This document shows, piece by piece, positions 25,184-39,400 of a stretch of 64,000 nt of DNA. The stretch is from positions 134,664,001-134,728,000 of the forward strand of contig CM097886.1 in the NCBI GenBank assembly GCA_044892525.1. The letters run 5' to 3'. The notes under the pieces were generated by a model, which was not told where the DNA came from, searched no databases, and was given only the letters and a program-made list of their open reading frames with translations. Both the position numbers and the translations under genes were made by a program. Source of the DNA: Schmidtea polychroa. Taxonomy: Eukaryota. Each line of letters opens with the position of its first letter. Position 1 is the first letter of the stretch.

Positions 25184-28100
25184 TCATGCAAATATATCAT
25201 CATTATCAACAATATTTATACCATAGTGTCCATATGCAAAAATTTTGTTCCGACCCACCCATACCCTTTTATCATCGTTATTTGACAGAGCCAACTTTGT
25301 TGATTTAAATGTGTAAAGTTGATGATTTTTGGACCCAAACCTCGTTTGTATGACTTTAGGTATTTCCATTCCATTAAAACAGTCGATGATCTATCTCAGT
25401 TTCATTCAATCTAATACCTTTGGCGTTAATAGTTTTCTTTGAACCACCCAACAAACTATAAAGCTTCGGCCGAAGAAATATCCATTCATCATATATGACT
25501 CCCTTACTTTCATCCTTAAACTTTCCTTTATCAGAATCCAATCTTCTGTTATATAGAGGATGAGACGAATTATAATTAGATGTATCCAATAGATTATCTT
25601 GGATCATAGCTTCTAATAATGATTGCAATTTAAGGTTCTTAATTTCCAAGAAGAACGAATCCGTATCCCCTGCTGCTATATTAATCTTACAATTGAACTG
25701 TTCACGATACTTTTGTAGTTCTATATACTGCAGCTCATACATTCTTAGTTTGGAGAGATCTAAAACTGTTTGTCCAATATACGAAGGTCTATCCAAACAT
25801 ACAACATCAGGGTTCATAATTGCAGCTATTAAATCATCTGCAATCTTTATACTTCCCTTGAAGGTTGGTTTTGATGAATATGTTACTGCTGGGCCTTGGG
25901 TCGGGTCATAAGACATTTTCAACTACTAGGGGATGATAGCCCTTAATGCACATACGGCATGCCATCGTTCCAAGGGACCCTTAACGAAATGCCCACACGA
26001 TCATACTTCGAGCATGACACCCATGATTCGCATCTATGATTCTATGATTCCATGATTCTATGAGATATCATCGGGTGGCTATTATGATTCTATGTGAGAC
26101 TACCTTTCAGGTCAGGCGTGATTCGATCGGTTAGAATGCGTGTAACTGATTATCTAGTTCTAGTCGTGGCTCATGCGAATTCGACTATTGATCTGTGCAG
26201 TTTTATCTACAGGTAACTTTGTGCGTGGTTATTATTCGAAGCGAAGATTTATGGGCGTGAATTCCCAGCCGCATGTGCGAGTAGTGTTATGATCGGGTGG
26301 CCAATGGTAAAAAGGAATTATCAACATTCCTGATAAGATTGACTCTCATGGCATTCACATCGCCAAAAATATTTTTATTGCGCCTACTAGTGATATATCA
26401 CATAAAAGTGCAACTTCAATCTTTATAAACTCGAATTTTTTGGACGAGGGGTTCCTACTGTAATTTGGACTTTTTGTCAGCCCCCTCGACTCCGAGTTGT
26501 ACCTTGAAATACATGTTTAACTAAGGTAAAGTGATGTTAGATAGCGACTACCAGTTGGTTTTAACATGATTTGTTTGAAGCACGTTTTCCGGGGAAAACA
26601 CCATTTACCGTCCTTACAACTCCTTGATGATACTGAAATTCTAGCAATAACGTTCGAAAGCTCTGTGAAGGACGAAATCGGCATTACACGTGATTTTCCA
26701 GACGATTATAACGACGATAGGTGAAAGTCGAGAACTATAGATTTCTGGGGTAACACAAGACGAACGATATTTCGGTCACTTTAGTCATTGCGAAGGCTCT
26801 CGAACTACGTTTTAAAAATTCATACTGATTTAGTCCAAACATCTTTTACTTTATTGTTCTGAGTCTTATTTTCGTTCCTGTGGCGACAGATCAGTGAGGA
26901 AACCCCCACAATGACCCGATCCCAACCACTGCGCTGCTGAAGTAACATCCGACCTTCTGGCTAGAGGAACAACCAGTGTCCCTCGAGCTGTGGCCAGCTG
27001 AACCTCAGATTCGCGGAATGCATTAAAATTTCATAAAACATGATCATATTTAAATATCGAAAAATCATAAGCATTATCTATAACATAAAAATTTATCTAA
27101 TTTATAAAAACTTTAAATTAATCAAATGGCAAGCAAGGAAAACACTTTTTTCAAAATATTTAATTTAAGAAAACTTCCATTTAATATACCAATCATATTC
27201 AAAATATTTAACTTAAGAAAAGTCTCTATTTCATAGATCATTCATATAAATACAAACAAAATTTTACTTAGTTTCTCAACAATTGTTTTCCCTTTGCGAT
27301 GAAAAATAGATCTCCGAGTGATTTGTTTCCTTGAATTAGTCCTTGAATTCCTCGAAATGTTTTGTAAATTCTTAAAAAATGGTTGGGTTAACACTGAAAA
27401 TTTTATTTCAGTGTCTCCCTTATATACTTAAGTTTGTGTTTGTGTTTGTTTGCGGACCAATCAAAATTGAGCGCTGTTTAATTATTTATTTTAATTCGAT
27501 TTCTTTGTTTTTTGTTGGTTTTCTTAGTGTTTCTTTATTTTTTATTATTTTTCTTATTAATTATTTAATTTTTACATTATTTTACTATTTTTCTCGGTCT
27601 TTTTGTCTTGATTTTTCATTTTTATTTTTTGTTTTAATTTTCTCTAGTCAATTTATTATTATTTATTTCTAGTGTTTATTTGTCTGGGTTTTAATTTATT
27701 TTCTAATTTATTTATGATTTTTATATTATTCCTTAGTGTTTTCTCTTTTGATTTTTGATTATCCTAATTTCTTTTCAGCCCAACAATACCATTTTTCTTT
27801 GTGAATTGCACAACCTTAAATTCATCCTCTTCTTTAAATTTTCCACTGCTTTTCCATATAAACTGTTGTTTAATAGTTTATAATATCCCTTCTCCAGTTC
27901 AGATGTTGATTGAGCCCTCAATTTGGTGTTGGCTTCCACATATTTCTTGAAAATAGTTGATTGGTTAAACTTGATTGCCCGATGTATAAATGTTACTTCA
28001 ACTCCTATAAACATACATTTTCAATAGTCGCCAATGAATTACATAGTTTTTCTTCGGGTAATGTGTTCACAGAAGCTTTCCACTTTTGTTCCTTCTGGAC

Positions 28101-30250
28101 ACATCTTTTCTGGTGCAACAGGTAAATCGTCTAATAAATCATGAATTACATCTGGAATATTCATATCAACCTCCAACGTATATCCATATGGTAAGTTCTC
28201 TAGGTTTGTTAATTTACACTCTTCTAGAATGGATCCATTCAAACTTTCCATATGGCAAACTTTGACTTAGTGCCCATCCATACAAGTTATTTATATCGAT
28301 ATATAATAACTATGTATTTTCATCTCTGATGGCTTGATGTTTGTTAACGAAAGTCATACCTTCTCGAATGCCAGCTTCATAATAATTATACATTTCATTA
28401 TCTTGCAACAATTCAATAGGTCTATCCAATGACATTAATGCCGATGCCTATGTCATTCCCGAAAAAATTTAAAGGTTCCAATCCATTATGGGCTAATGAT
28501 TTAGTTCTGAATTGTTGAAAGTAATCTGCTAAAAGATATACATATAGTCATATAGTCTAAAAGTTTTCACATCCGGTTTCAGACCATATGTTCACTGCTT
28601 TATCACATGCGGTTTGTGTCACTCCTTCCCAAATTGGTGGCAATTCTCTGGTTTCTCGTAGAACTTCCAGGCTTGTGGCAAAATTGTATGGAAAAATACC
28701 TTTTGAATCCTGTATTGTTCCCGTAAATGCTGCATTTGGTAAACTGTTTAATGTTTTTACTGCATTATACAAAGATTCATTTACAAACTGATATGAATCA
28801 ATGAATTTGATCTTTATTTGCTTACAATGCCGAATAACCGTAAGAAATTTTTCGGATGTTGTCGGAATACAACTCAAACTCCAGTGAGAAAATTTATTTA
28901 TGCCATATTTTTAAATATGATGCATATCATAACCTCTCAGGTTATGAAATACTACTGGAAGCACTCGACGTACTCTTCTTGAAAGATTACATTTTCCACA
29001 AGCCGCACCTAAATATTTCCCGCTGAAATGATCATGATCTCGAACCAAATGATCATTGTGTTCCTTACATATGTAACAAAATGATTGCATATTAAAAGAG
29101 GATTGTTCCGCTGGACTGACAATTAAAGGTTGTTTACCATTTCTCTGGTAATAATGATTTACTTTATTTTCTGCTATTTCCTCTACTTTCTTTAAAAAAT
29201 CAAATATGCAATTTAACCCAATAAATTGAAAATATGAGGAAGCTCAGCTAAAATTGTTTATCAGCAAAAGTCCAGCTGAAATCGGTAAGTGTTTCTGATG
29301 GTATTGCTGATCTTCTGGTAAAATAGATTCGAAATCAGCATAGATTACGAAAGGTGGAGTCACTTTCTTCGACCAATCTTTGAATCTGAGCTCTTTTTCT
29401 GTTGGCATAACGTATAAAGTTGTCCCAAGCTGATTTTTCTTACATAAAGCCAGATGTCTTTCATATGTTAATTGTCTCCGAAATCCATTTAGACAATTTA
29501 CACACCATATACATTGAATTCGAACTGTACAATTATTGGATACATGACAGTTCATTAACCTGTTGATATTAGGTACTCCAACATAATGATAATTATTACT
29601 TTCACTTAGTAACATTGGTGTAACATCTTTTACCTTTGTCCTCCGAATTATGTCTATATTCGGATGTTTCATAATAACATCATCATCATTATTTAAATAT
29701 GTATCATCCGAATCGTATGAGAGAACATTGATCGCCAATCCTGGATTTTGATATTCAAATTTCTTTATGTCATTCAATGTTGTCGGAGGGTTTTCCGAAT
29801 CGTAATTTAATTCTTCATGTACCGATAATATTGTGACGGTCTGTTACGGTTTTCATGAATGTCTTCGTATTTCAATATAGACAAGACGCCGTAGATAAAA
29901 CACAGGTTGTCTTGATTTTGGATGTTTATGATTTTATTCTTTAATGATGCAGGGGTTCTTATATGTCGATGTCCAGACAATCGACTAATTTCGACAAACT
30001 TTGTTATTTTAAAATTAACCTCCAGTATCTTGTTAAGACGCCAACTACTACCCAACTCCGATCTAATAGCAATTTTCTCATTCAAACTTTCGATTCCTTC
30101 ATCTAAAAAGTAACCTGTTAATTTTGTGGCTCTGTTTGAAATTCTTGCAATCTTCAGCTCACCGTCTTTGACGAATTCTGCATTGATCCCGAACTGTATC
30201 TTAACGCTCTTCATTTCATTTATACAAGCGTTTAATTTTATCAACAACGT
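25184..30250 (-). pseudogene. protein-primed DNA polymerase B, interrupted by a solo LTR
   Basis: QDNLCFIYGVL; IYADFESIL; HDHFSGKYLGAACGKCN..FHNLRGYD; KLLNNSLYGK; GDTDSFF; GKFKDE; RPKLYS; DDKR. Removing the LTR restores LCNSQRKMV|TYSSKPTFK. Confidence 0.92.
25887..27785. mobile_element. large (1.9 kb) solo LTR-like insertion in pPolB
   Basis: TGCTGGG...CCCAACA termini, 4-bp TSD TTAC / ATAC, in-frame rejoin of pPolB on removal; contains an ATGATTCT microsatellite near 26020-26095 and a T-rich right third. Confidence 0.72.
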
Positions 30251-30642
30251 TGGTGGAATAACTATTTTTTGTATATTGTATCTGGATATGTCCAGTGTGA
30301 TAATTCTATGTGATCTGTATAAATCACATTCAATTTCCGGTTCATCTGATATTCCTGCTCCTGTTTAAAAGTCATCAACTAGTGAGAAGTGATCTGCAGT
30401 CAGTACTATCACTGTCAACATTGGATATATTTTCGTTTTGATCATTGAAATCTAGTTCTTCTATTATTTCAAACAATCCATTTATTATATCAATTTCTTC
30501 TTCAGATCTTCCAACTTCTTCGCGCCTTGAACTTCCAGCTTCTTCATGCCTCGAATCTTTTTCCTACGAATCCATGATTTCAATTATTTCTGAGTTCGAT
30601 ATTGCATTTTCTATTTTCTCCAATCTTGCTTTTTATTTTTAA

Positions 30643-30873
30643 TTAAATGAGAGGAAACCTTTTCTTGAAAAGCTTATCTTTACGCATCACAAATTGATTA
30701 AAATGTGTCTTATGCGTGTTATTAAAGGACATGTAGGGATCGGAACTTAAAGTTTCGCAATATGGACATAAAAAGTAATTTTGCTGATAATATGATTTGC
30801 CATAATATGTTTGCATAATTTTATGACAGGTTTTATTGTGACTAGTGTTTTGACAGTAATTTGGGTATAACAC
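30643..30873 (-). CDS. small Zn-finger-like ORF upstream of pPolB
   Basis: FLCPYC...HKTH, a C2H2-like spacing. Confidence 0.35.
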   Translation of the reverse strand: MLYPNYCQNTSHNKTCHKIMQTYYGKSYYQQNYFLCPYCETLSSDPYMSFNNTHKTHFNQFVMRKDKLFKKRFPLI

Positions 30874-31637
30874 ACCTTAAAATAAATAATGATTTAAATA
30901 TTTATTAAATTAATTTTATATTATTAAAATAATTCGGGTTTCCCTTTTGTGTTCCATATATTTTGAGAAAAAAGTTTTATAATCACAAACATTGTGTAGT
31001 TTATTTTATTCAAGTGTAAGACATCCGACAAAAAAATTGACACCATTACTTTATAAGTTAAAAATGCTTAAGGTAAACAGATGCATTTGTAAACAGTTTC
31101 TATGTATTGACTTATTTTTTAGTCAACAGAGGTGATTATGATTTTCATAAGATACGTTTACGTGTTTACAGATTTCTGTGACCAAGCTTTTATGCAAATG
31201 ATGTGATTTCCAGTGTACCATGAAAAGTATGCAATAAAGCTAGATCAGTAATATTGTATTCTTACTGGTACATGAAGAATTCTTTGCGTCTCCTATATAG
31301 TACTGATGATAGCAAAAACAATGACTTGTAATGTTTATATTATTTAAATAATAATAAAAATAAATTAAAATTATAAAATTTATTAAAAAATATTAATGTT
31401 GTTTAGTTTAATATTATAAATAAGACGATCCAATTGACATTTTTAATGTTTTTGTCACTTTTTACCATTTTGATTTTTTTAAAAAAAACATTATTTATGT
31501 TTAAATTATTATATTTTAAAAGACACCCAATGGAGAAAATCTCAGAGAAAATCTCAAATTCACAAAGATTTGTGCCCATTTTTTCAATTTTAATTTATTA
31601 AAAAATATATATAAAAAATAATCATCCTTAATTAAAA

Positions 31638-31800
31638 TCTAATATATAAAGATGAAAGTTTGTTTGTTTTCTATAGAATTCCCCACCGTCGGACCTAGGG
31701 TGCTGACATTTTACACGTGGCCCTCATTTGACTCGGGAAAGGTCATAGACTATGTTTCAACCCCATGTGACTACCCGTAAGTACCCTTAGTCGAATTTAT
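31638..31800 (+). mobile_element. non-autonomous Helitron-like 5' end
   Basis: A|TCTAATATATAAAGATGAAAGTTTGTTTGTT...GGAAAGGTCATAGACTAT matches the typical 5' segment; 3' end not resolved. Confidence 0.45.
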
Positions 31801-33068
31801 TTTGTCTGTGCGGTCAGCAATTTACCATATAAATAATAATTTATTGTATGCTTGCTACTTGAAGTTGAAAGTAATATAATTTAGTCAAAAGTTTTCAAAG
31901 CAGAATTCAAACTTGTAGAATTTGAATTTTATTTGATTAGTGAACCAGTTTGCAATTGGAAAAATATTACCGGTTATTTTCGATTTAAATTAAAGGGTGT
32001 TTTCGATTTTACAAATTGAAATTTATTTTGAAAGCTTTTCTTATTGTAAATTAAACATAGAATCGAAACTGTTATAAAATTAATACTGGAACGTAATAAC
32101 ATCATTAAAAAATTAATTTAAATGTATTATTATGATAAATGTAAATGAAACCGGGTAAAACAGATAGCTTATTATAAAATTTATTAAAATTTATTAAAAA
32201 ATAGTATTTGTTACAATTAATTATTTAATTAAAATTTAATTTATTAAAAAATATATATAACTAACATTTATCATTTAAATCTTCCATATCATTGGCATGA
32301 TCCATATCGCAACATATTTTCTAAAAGAAAAACTTAATATGTATATATTAAATAAATAACGTTTACCATTTGTTTATTAATATTTGGCATTTTTCTTTTA
32401 GTTTGGTTGAATAATATCTGAAAGAAAAGAAAATAAATATTTAACAAGAGCAAAATAAAATCTTGTTAGATAAAAATTTATTGATTAATTGAAATTGAAA
32501 TTTAAATGTAATATTAAAACAATAGTTAATTATCTAAGCAACTATTGTTAACAACCAAATAGAATCTTCTAGAAATTTTTTATATAACCAAGAATATTCT
32601 TTTTATTCATAGATTTTGTTTATAGATGAATATTAACTAATTATCGTATCTAAATAGTTATTGTTACCAATCAACTAGAATGTTTTAGAACATTCTAGGT
32701 TGATCTAGAATGTTATTATTAATATGTAACTAATAAATATGAATTTGATGCAAGTTAAATTAACTATCAAAGTTTATAAATTTTTATTAAATTGACAAAA
32801 AATATAATGAAACGTTTAAGCATAGTTCTTAACCAAAAATGTAACTCTAATTTTTTTATATATTTCCAGTCACCATTTTCTTTGATCCATGGGTAAATTT
32901 TTGTAATTTCTTACACTGATCATTTCATATATTTTGGATGTTCATATGGATATGAAATAAGAATCTTTCTGACGTACATTAAGCTGACGATGATTTTAGA
33001 TCAACATATACCATCCTCAAACAATAATTCAAAGCGCAGAATTCCTTTTAAATTTAATATGAAGCCTG

Positions 33069-33147
33069 CCCGTATATATACGGGATAATCCAAAACTCCA
33101 TATTCAGTTTGCCCGTATATATACGGGTTAAACCATGAAGAGGTTAA
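33069..33147. mobile_element. piggyBac-like terminus with paired palindromes
   Basis: Two perfect 16-bp palindromes CCCGTATATATACGGG (33069-33084, 33112-33127), then GAAGAGG|TTAA; the partner end was not found. Confidence 0.45.
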
Positions 33148-34794
33148 ACATAGTCAACAAGTTATGAAAACGAGTGAATCAATTGTGGTTGTAACTACTA
33201 TCTAAATTGAAATTAAACTAGACAGAAATTCCTCTCCACCCAATTTACCGGAGCGAACGACTGACAAAACTGGCCGAAACCCAATAATTCGTTAAACTTC
33301 AGTATTCACAGGGTGTCCATCAAGAAATGAACATATTTCATACCTAGGTCACTGTTGCAATTCTAACTCTTTGATTTTGGCAAGAAATATCTCCAACAGT
33401 AATTCATTGACTGTTTAGTGCGTCTTTCCTTGCGTTTTTCTGATGTTTGAATGTTCTAATCATCTACCTGTACATTCCTAATTCACGAAGAACTGTTAGT
33501 GATTCATTAATATTCCACAGACTACATGCTTGATGTTTACACCCCACAACAATCGCCTGTCATTATTCTGTGACCGTATCTTTTAGCTTATGCAACCGGT
33601 TATTGCTAGGGCGTTCCTGTAATCATTTTATATTTTACAGACAAAATAATAAATTTTGCATTAACGACAGATTCATTATCAACTCGTATAGAAAAGTAGA
33701 TATTCATCGTCCGGTATTTGATATTTGAATCTCTTGTTAGGGGGTTGTCGGTGGCTGGTTCCTGCATTGTTGGGGATAAATTTGTTGCAGTTCCTATGGT
33801 GAATACAAGTTCAAGTGTTATTTAATTACAAGAGACAAGTCTACATATAAACCCATTCTTATCGCGTTTCAAAATTCCTGCGCGTCATCATAAAACTTCC
33901 AAAAACAGACTCGCTATAGTGCCATCGGTCACGCCCATCACTAATCCCACATCTCACAGTCATTCCCATTTTTTACAATTGTCCTCAGAATAGTGAGGTT
34001 TCACTGAAGGGTTGTTAACGTTTGAATTAGTTGATGAAGCCTATTAAGAGATCAGTACGATCTTTTATTTCACCATTGATTTTTCTTCTATTTTCTTTAA
34101 CCTTGGATTAATAAATATGTAATGAATATTGATTGAAAAAGAGAAATGGAAAATAAAGGAAAAGATCGAATTTGTTGTAGATAAATTTTTACAATAATTG
34201 ATCTATGGCCAAATCAATAACGATATTTTGAATGTTCTGAACAAAACTCGGTCACTCTGGTCTAACAGCGCCATAACAAGCACGTTTTTATATTCAAATC
34301 TTAATAACTAATCTTTTCAAATGAAAATAATTTATTATTTAAATTTATTAAATATTTTCTTTATAACAACAGTGATTAAACTGTTAATAAAATTAAAACA
34401 TTGTAAAAATGATAAACCTAGAGTCGGACACAGGTTTGGGGCATCATTTTTGATGATGTGCCTCAGAATCCGAAGACAAAAATTAAATAAGAACTTTAGA
34501 TGTAAAATAAATAAGTTTTATGATAAAAACATTTATTGTTTAATCAAAAAATTTGTAATTTTGATTTTACGAGCTTTTAAAAGTTTTTTTCTGAATGCAT
34601 ATAATTCTTTTAAACAATCTGAACTAAATATTCTAATATTTTCCTCTAATTTTTCTAATTGTTTTAAAACATCTGAAGTTTCAACATCATTTATAATCTC
34701 TTCGCCATTGTAAAATTGAATGTTTTCAATCCCATCAAGATTTTCAAATGTTTCTTCTATATTTTTTCATTGATATTTTCTTCAACTTCATCCT

Positions 34795-35900
34795 TTATAA
34801 TGTCAGCAAGGTCTGATTTACGGTATTCATTTTATTCCAACAATTTTTGATAGTTTCAACCCTTAACATTTCCCAAGGCTCTGAAATTATAACAATAGCT
34901 TGGCTTATATTTAATTTTGAAAGAAAATTGGATGATTCGCAATCATTAAGAAAAAAATTCATGAGTGTATTTACATAATAAGTTTTGAAAGTTTTTATTA
35001 TGCCCATATCAAGAGGTTGAATAAGTGAAGTTGTGTTTTTAGGTAAAAATAATAACTTGACATTTGAACAGTCCAATGATTTATGACAACTGGCATTATC
35101 AAGAAGGAGAACTATTTTTATATTTTGCTTGATCATTTCAGTATTTAACATTGTCAGCAATGTTTGAAATATTTCTGTTGTCATCCACGCATTTTTTGAA
35201 GAAAAATATAAAACTGTGAAATCTTTAAGATTAAAGTTTTTCATACATCGGGGATTTTTATATTTTCCAATAATAAGTGGTTCTAACTTTTCGCTTCTAA
35301 ACTACAACACAAAAATAAAGTAATTTTTTCTTAGATTTTTTTAGTTCCATTTCAACTGTCACTTTTCTCAACAAAAGATTTAAATGGAGGATTTTGTATA
35401 AATAACGTAATAAAAATTTATTTTACCCATATTCATCATATGCAAAGTAAAATTCATCTAAACCCGATTTGTCTGCAGATTTGGTTTTACCACAGATGTT
35501 TTTGAACAGTAACTTATTTCTTAATTTAAATCTATCTAACCAACCGTTAGACGCACAAAAATCTTTAATAGACATTTTTGAAGCCACTTGTTTTCCAATC
35601 ATTTTAATTACTGTTCCATTTACGCAAATATGACCTTCTCTTAACTTTTAAAAAGTTTCGTATACCATTTTATTTAAATCACTAAAATTGTTTAATGAAT
35701 TATTATTTACCTTACATTCTTCATCAGGAATATTAATTTTTCTGTTTTCTAAAAGTGGAACAATATTTTCTCGAATTTTTGAAATAGTTCCTTTACTAGT
35801 TTGATACTTAATACAAAGCTTCCTTTCTAACATCTTTCCTTCTTTGAGAAATTTTGCAATTTGTAACCTTTCTTCATAAGTGAGTTTCTTCATGGTTATA
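34795..35900 (-). mobile_element. Tigger/pogo transposase relic (CENP-B HTH plus DDE_1)
   Basis: MKKLTYEERLQIAKFL..TISKI HTH; NAWMT..LLLDNASCH..FLPKNTTSLIQPLDMGIIKTFK. Confidence 0.9.
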
Positions 35901-37060
35901 AAAAAATTCAAAAAATACAGTATTTTAAATAAATAAAAATTCAAAAAAAAACTCCAAAAAATAATTTTTAATTTTTTAAAATAAATGCCCCAAAGTGAGG
36001 TTCTTTAAAATCATGATATAGAATAGAAAAATCAACTTTTTTAATGTTTGCCCCAAAAATCGAGCGTGCACCATGTTTATGAAATTTAGTTTTATCTTCG
36101 TAGAATTTTAAAGTTTATTAGAGAAATTCGAATTTAATTTGTTTCATGACGAAAAAACACCTTTTGAGCCGAAAGATCCACCAGAATTGGGATGTATTGA
36201 TGAATGTACAATGAATTTAAAAATAAATATTCCAATATTAAAGTCATTGGAAAGTATTATTAAATCACCAAGAAAAGATTAAAGAATGCAAATCCTAAAT
36301 ACAAACGCTTTTAACTTCAGTGGTTACATTTCACGAATTTTCATTGGAAAATGGTCAAAAGATAAAAAAGAAGATTTTTGAATGAATCATCGCACTTTAA
36401 TGCGAGGCTTTGAGATTTTTCGAGATACTCTTTTGAAAATAGTATACTGTCGAGAGAAAACTTAGATTTAGAAATAAAATATTTATTAACATATTAGAAC
36501 ATGGGTCAAGACGATCGATTCACTTGGACGTTCATATTGTAATAGATAATAAAACTACGATACTATACAGATGTTGGATACTGTATTTGTAGGTAGAAGA
36601 GAGAAGAGAGAATTATAATAATTTCACTATAATACCATTAAGAGAGAAATGGGTCGCAAGCGGAGTTTGATCCCTTTAGTCCTTCAAAACGCTTTGAAAA
36701 AATCGATTAAACTGACTAAAAATTGTTCAAATTTTGTGATATTTCAATTAGTAACAACGACGATTGCACACACCGTATGATTCAAAGATTCCTTCATTTT
36801 TAGCATAGAAAAAAATGAAAAAACAATAAATATTGCTAGCACGCTATGGATGTGTCGAGATGTTTAGCGAAAAAAATATTGCAATAAGGAGAACCAATCA
36901 GTAATTAGAATTACTTAATAAGTTGTCGGAATGCACAAACACTAGGCAGAGAAACTAGAGTCAGTATAAAAGGCGGCAAAAGTGATAATTACCAAAGACA
37001 ATTCTACAATCAATAGCATCGTTAAATAGAGGAAGTTCCTTAATATCGGAAACCCTAGAG

Positions 37061-39020
37061 CAGGGTTGTCATTCAAATTTTGCCAAAAAAATTGGGCCAC
37101 AGACACGAATATTTTTTGGCAATATTTATTACCATTATTTTCTAACTGCGATTACAACCGATAAAATGTGGATAATAAAAAACACCATAAGAATTAATAA
37201 TTGCAATATTTATTGTCAAAAAAAATACAAAATTTCGTTCTTAAATGAAATTCTTTATTAAATAAATATTAATTCATATTTAATGGAAACTTTGACAGAC
37301 TTTTTTTTAAATCAATAAATCAATGTCGGGTATGATGGGGTTTGTAGCAATTCTTAAGGAATTTCCGAGATGTTCATTGGATAGGCTTGTTCTTAATTTT
37401 CCCTCCTTAAATTTCATCCTCTAAAAAAGTTGTTCACAAATATAGGTACTTTCAAAAAGCGATGTCATGAATAAGGCGTGATTATGAAGCAGGGGATATT
37501 CAGTTTTCGGAAGATACATATTGTAAAAATCTAATAAAGAGATGATCGAATCTCTCTTTAATCTGCATGTCAGATTGCAATTCGATGCACTCCATTTGGA
37601 AATGTTCTAGTAACTGATCTATTTTGATGGAAAAAGGTGTCGCAAATATATAAAATAGTTATTTATATTTTCGGAAATCTTGAAATCTATTTTGAAATTC
37701 TTTGATTAATTCTGAAAGCAGTGTAGCCTATTTTTCGTTATTCTGTGGTTCGTACTTTGCGAAATTTTCAAAGTGTGCATAATTTTTTGCTGCAATTTGT
37801 GCTTGCCATAACTTCAATTTTGTTTCAAATGCTATTATATTTTGAAACATTGTATTAATTAATTGATTTTCGCCTTGTAGGAGGAAGTTCAAAACATTTA
37901 AATGTGAATTTATGCCCACTAAGAAAGCGAAATCTGCTAACCACAATTCATCATCAAATTAAGATATAAATTTTGTTTTTGAATTCATAAATAATTTGAT
38001 TTCGTCCAATAATTCATAAAATCTTTTTTACATTTTGCCCAGGCTTAGCCACCTTACTTCAGAAAAATAGATAACACACTGTCATCAGCTTCCATGTTTT
38101 TGAGAAATTCTTGAAACTGCCGGTGTTTTAATCCCTTAGCTTTAATGAAGTTTACAGTTTTCACTACAATTTGCATTATATTTTCCAATTTTGAAGACCT
38201 TGCACATAACTTTTCTTGATGTACAATACAATGGTATTTCATTAAATTTAAATTCTTAACAGCAATCGCATCATTTTCTATTAATTTCACAAGACCTTCC
38301 TTTTTCCAACTATCGCTGGGGCACCATCAGTACATATACTAGGCATGTTGGTCAAGTTTAAAGAACATCGTGTTAACGTTTTTGTTACTGCCTCGTAATG
38401 GTACTAAGAAAGCCAACTCTTCTGTGATATTATATTCATTGTCAATACCTATAATAAATATAGGAACCTGAGCAGTATCACTGAGATCAGTACTTTAACC
38501 TATTGCTAAAGAATAATATTTAAAAATAGCAGATCCAAACCCCGTTTCAATGGATTTTACAATATCTTTTATTCGTCTTGCTATAGTTTGGTGTGAAAAA
38601 ATGATTTTTGATATGTCCGATTTTTTATCTGGAAAAATTTACACTTTCCAAACATTCCTTATTAAATTCGCCATCTGTGAAGGATTTAAACTTCTTTGCA
38701 ATTATATTTGGGTTTCACGACAGAATCATTTTGAGTGTCAATTCTCTTGAAAAATGTTTGTTGAGAACACAGACTTTCCTTCAGTTCAGGTACTTTGTCT
38801 TTGCCATAACTTCTATTGTGAACATCATACGTTGAAGCATGTTTTTGAAAATAATGCCGTTTTAAATTATAATCTTTAAAAATAGCTACGCTATCTCTAC
38901 AAATTAAACAAAGCGTCTTATTTTTCGACTCGATAAAAAAATAAAGCTTGGTCCAGTTTTTATTGAATAATCTTTGCTCTTCAGCAAATTTTCGTTTTTT
39001 ACTTCCTGAGGATAACATGC
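37061..39020 (-). mobile_element. hAT (SPIN/GTF2IRD2-like) transposase relic with one TIR
   Basis: CCCTAGAG|CAGGGTTGTC terminus at 37061; KKRKFAEEQRLF..CLIC..KDYNLKRH; YHCIVHQEKLCA; WLADFAFLV..HLNVLNFLLQG. Confidence 0.85.
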
Positions 39021-39179
39021 TAAATTTTGAACAAAATAATTTATTAAATATCGCTAAGAAAAAAAATGTTTGTAGGAATTTTAGAAATACGTACTTTCTG
39101 TCTTCCAAATTATATGTTATCAATGAGAATAAAATAATTACTAATTTTACATGAAATGAATCTACACGTTCGTGCGTAT

Positions 39180-39400
39180 TAGCAAAGTATCTGGAGATGG
39201 AATTTTGGATATCATTCAATTTTTTGCCACTTGGAAAATGCTGTAGCGATCTGAATAAATGGAAATTCGATGCCACAATATCGGGCTAATATGGTGGATG
39301 AGGAAATACCTCCCATACCAAGTGATTAATTTTTCTAGGGTTCGTCTTCCGCAGTGCGGTTTTGAATTATCGTGTTTGCACTATAACGTCTTTTCTGTTG
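39180..39400 (-). mobile_element. mariner transposase C-terminal fragment
   Basis: HDNSKPH..WEVFPHPPY*PDIVASNFHLFRSLQH. Confidence 0.8.

Larger units (their letters stand above)
21958..30900. mobile_element. decayed Polinton/Maverick (adintovirus-like) element, truncated within the integrase
   Basis: Integrase end, minor capsid, core protein, major capsid and protease on +, convergent with pPolB on -; many stops and frameshifts; no TIRs or packaging ATPase recognised. Confidence 0.9.

Noticed and set aside
25922-25927. ACTACT as a Polinton right end
   Set aside because: It sits 35 bp inside the LTR insertion, with pPolB coding sequence rather than a TIR to its left.
26600-26700. GTCC...GGACGAAA resembling a hammerhead ribozyme stem II
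   Set aside because: There is no CTGANGA core in the required position.
33255-33285. CTGACAA...GGCCGAAAC hammerhead-like string
   Set aside because: The core is mismatched and stem II cannot pair.
36400-36800. Possible non-LTR RT relic (RQG..P-like and DD-like remnants)
   Set aside because: Too degenerate to support without a profile search.
38686-39276. 196-aa ORF fusing a mariner C-terminus to a hAT N-terminus
   Set aside because: The two parts are joined by low-complexity UTR-like sequence, the hAT part has its own Met (MLSSGSKKRK) and both parents are decayed; chance read-through is more likely.
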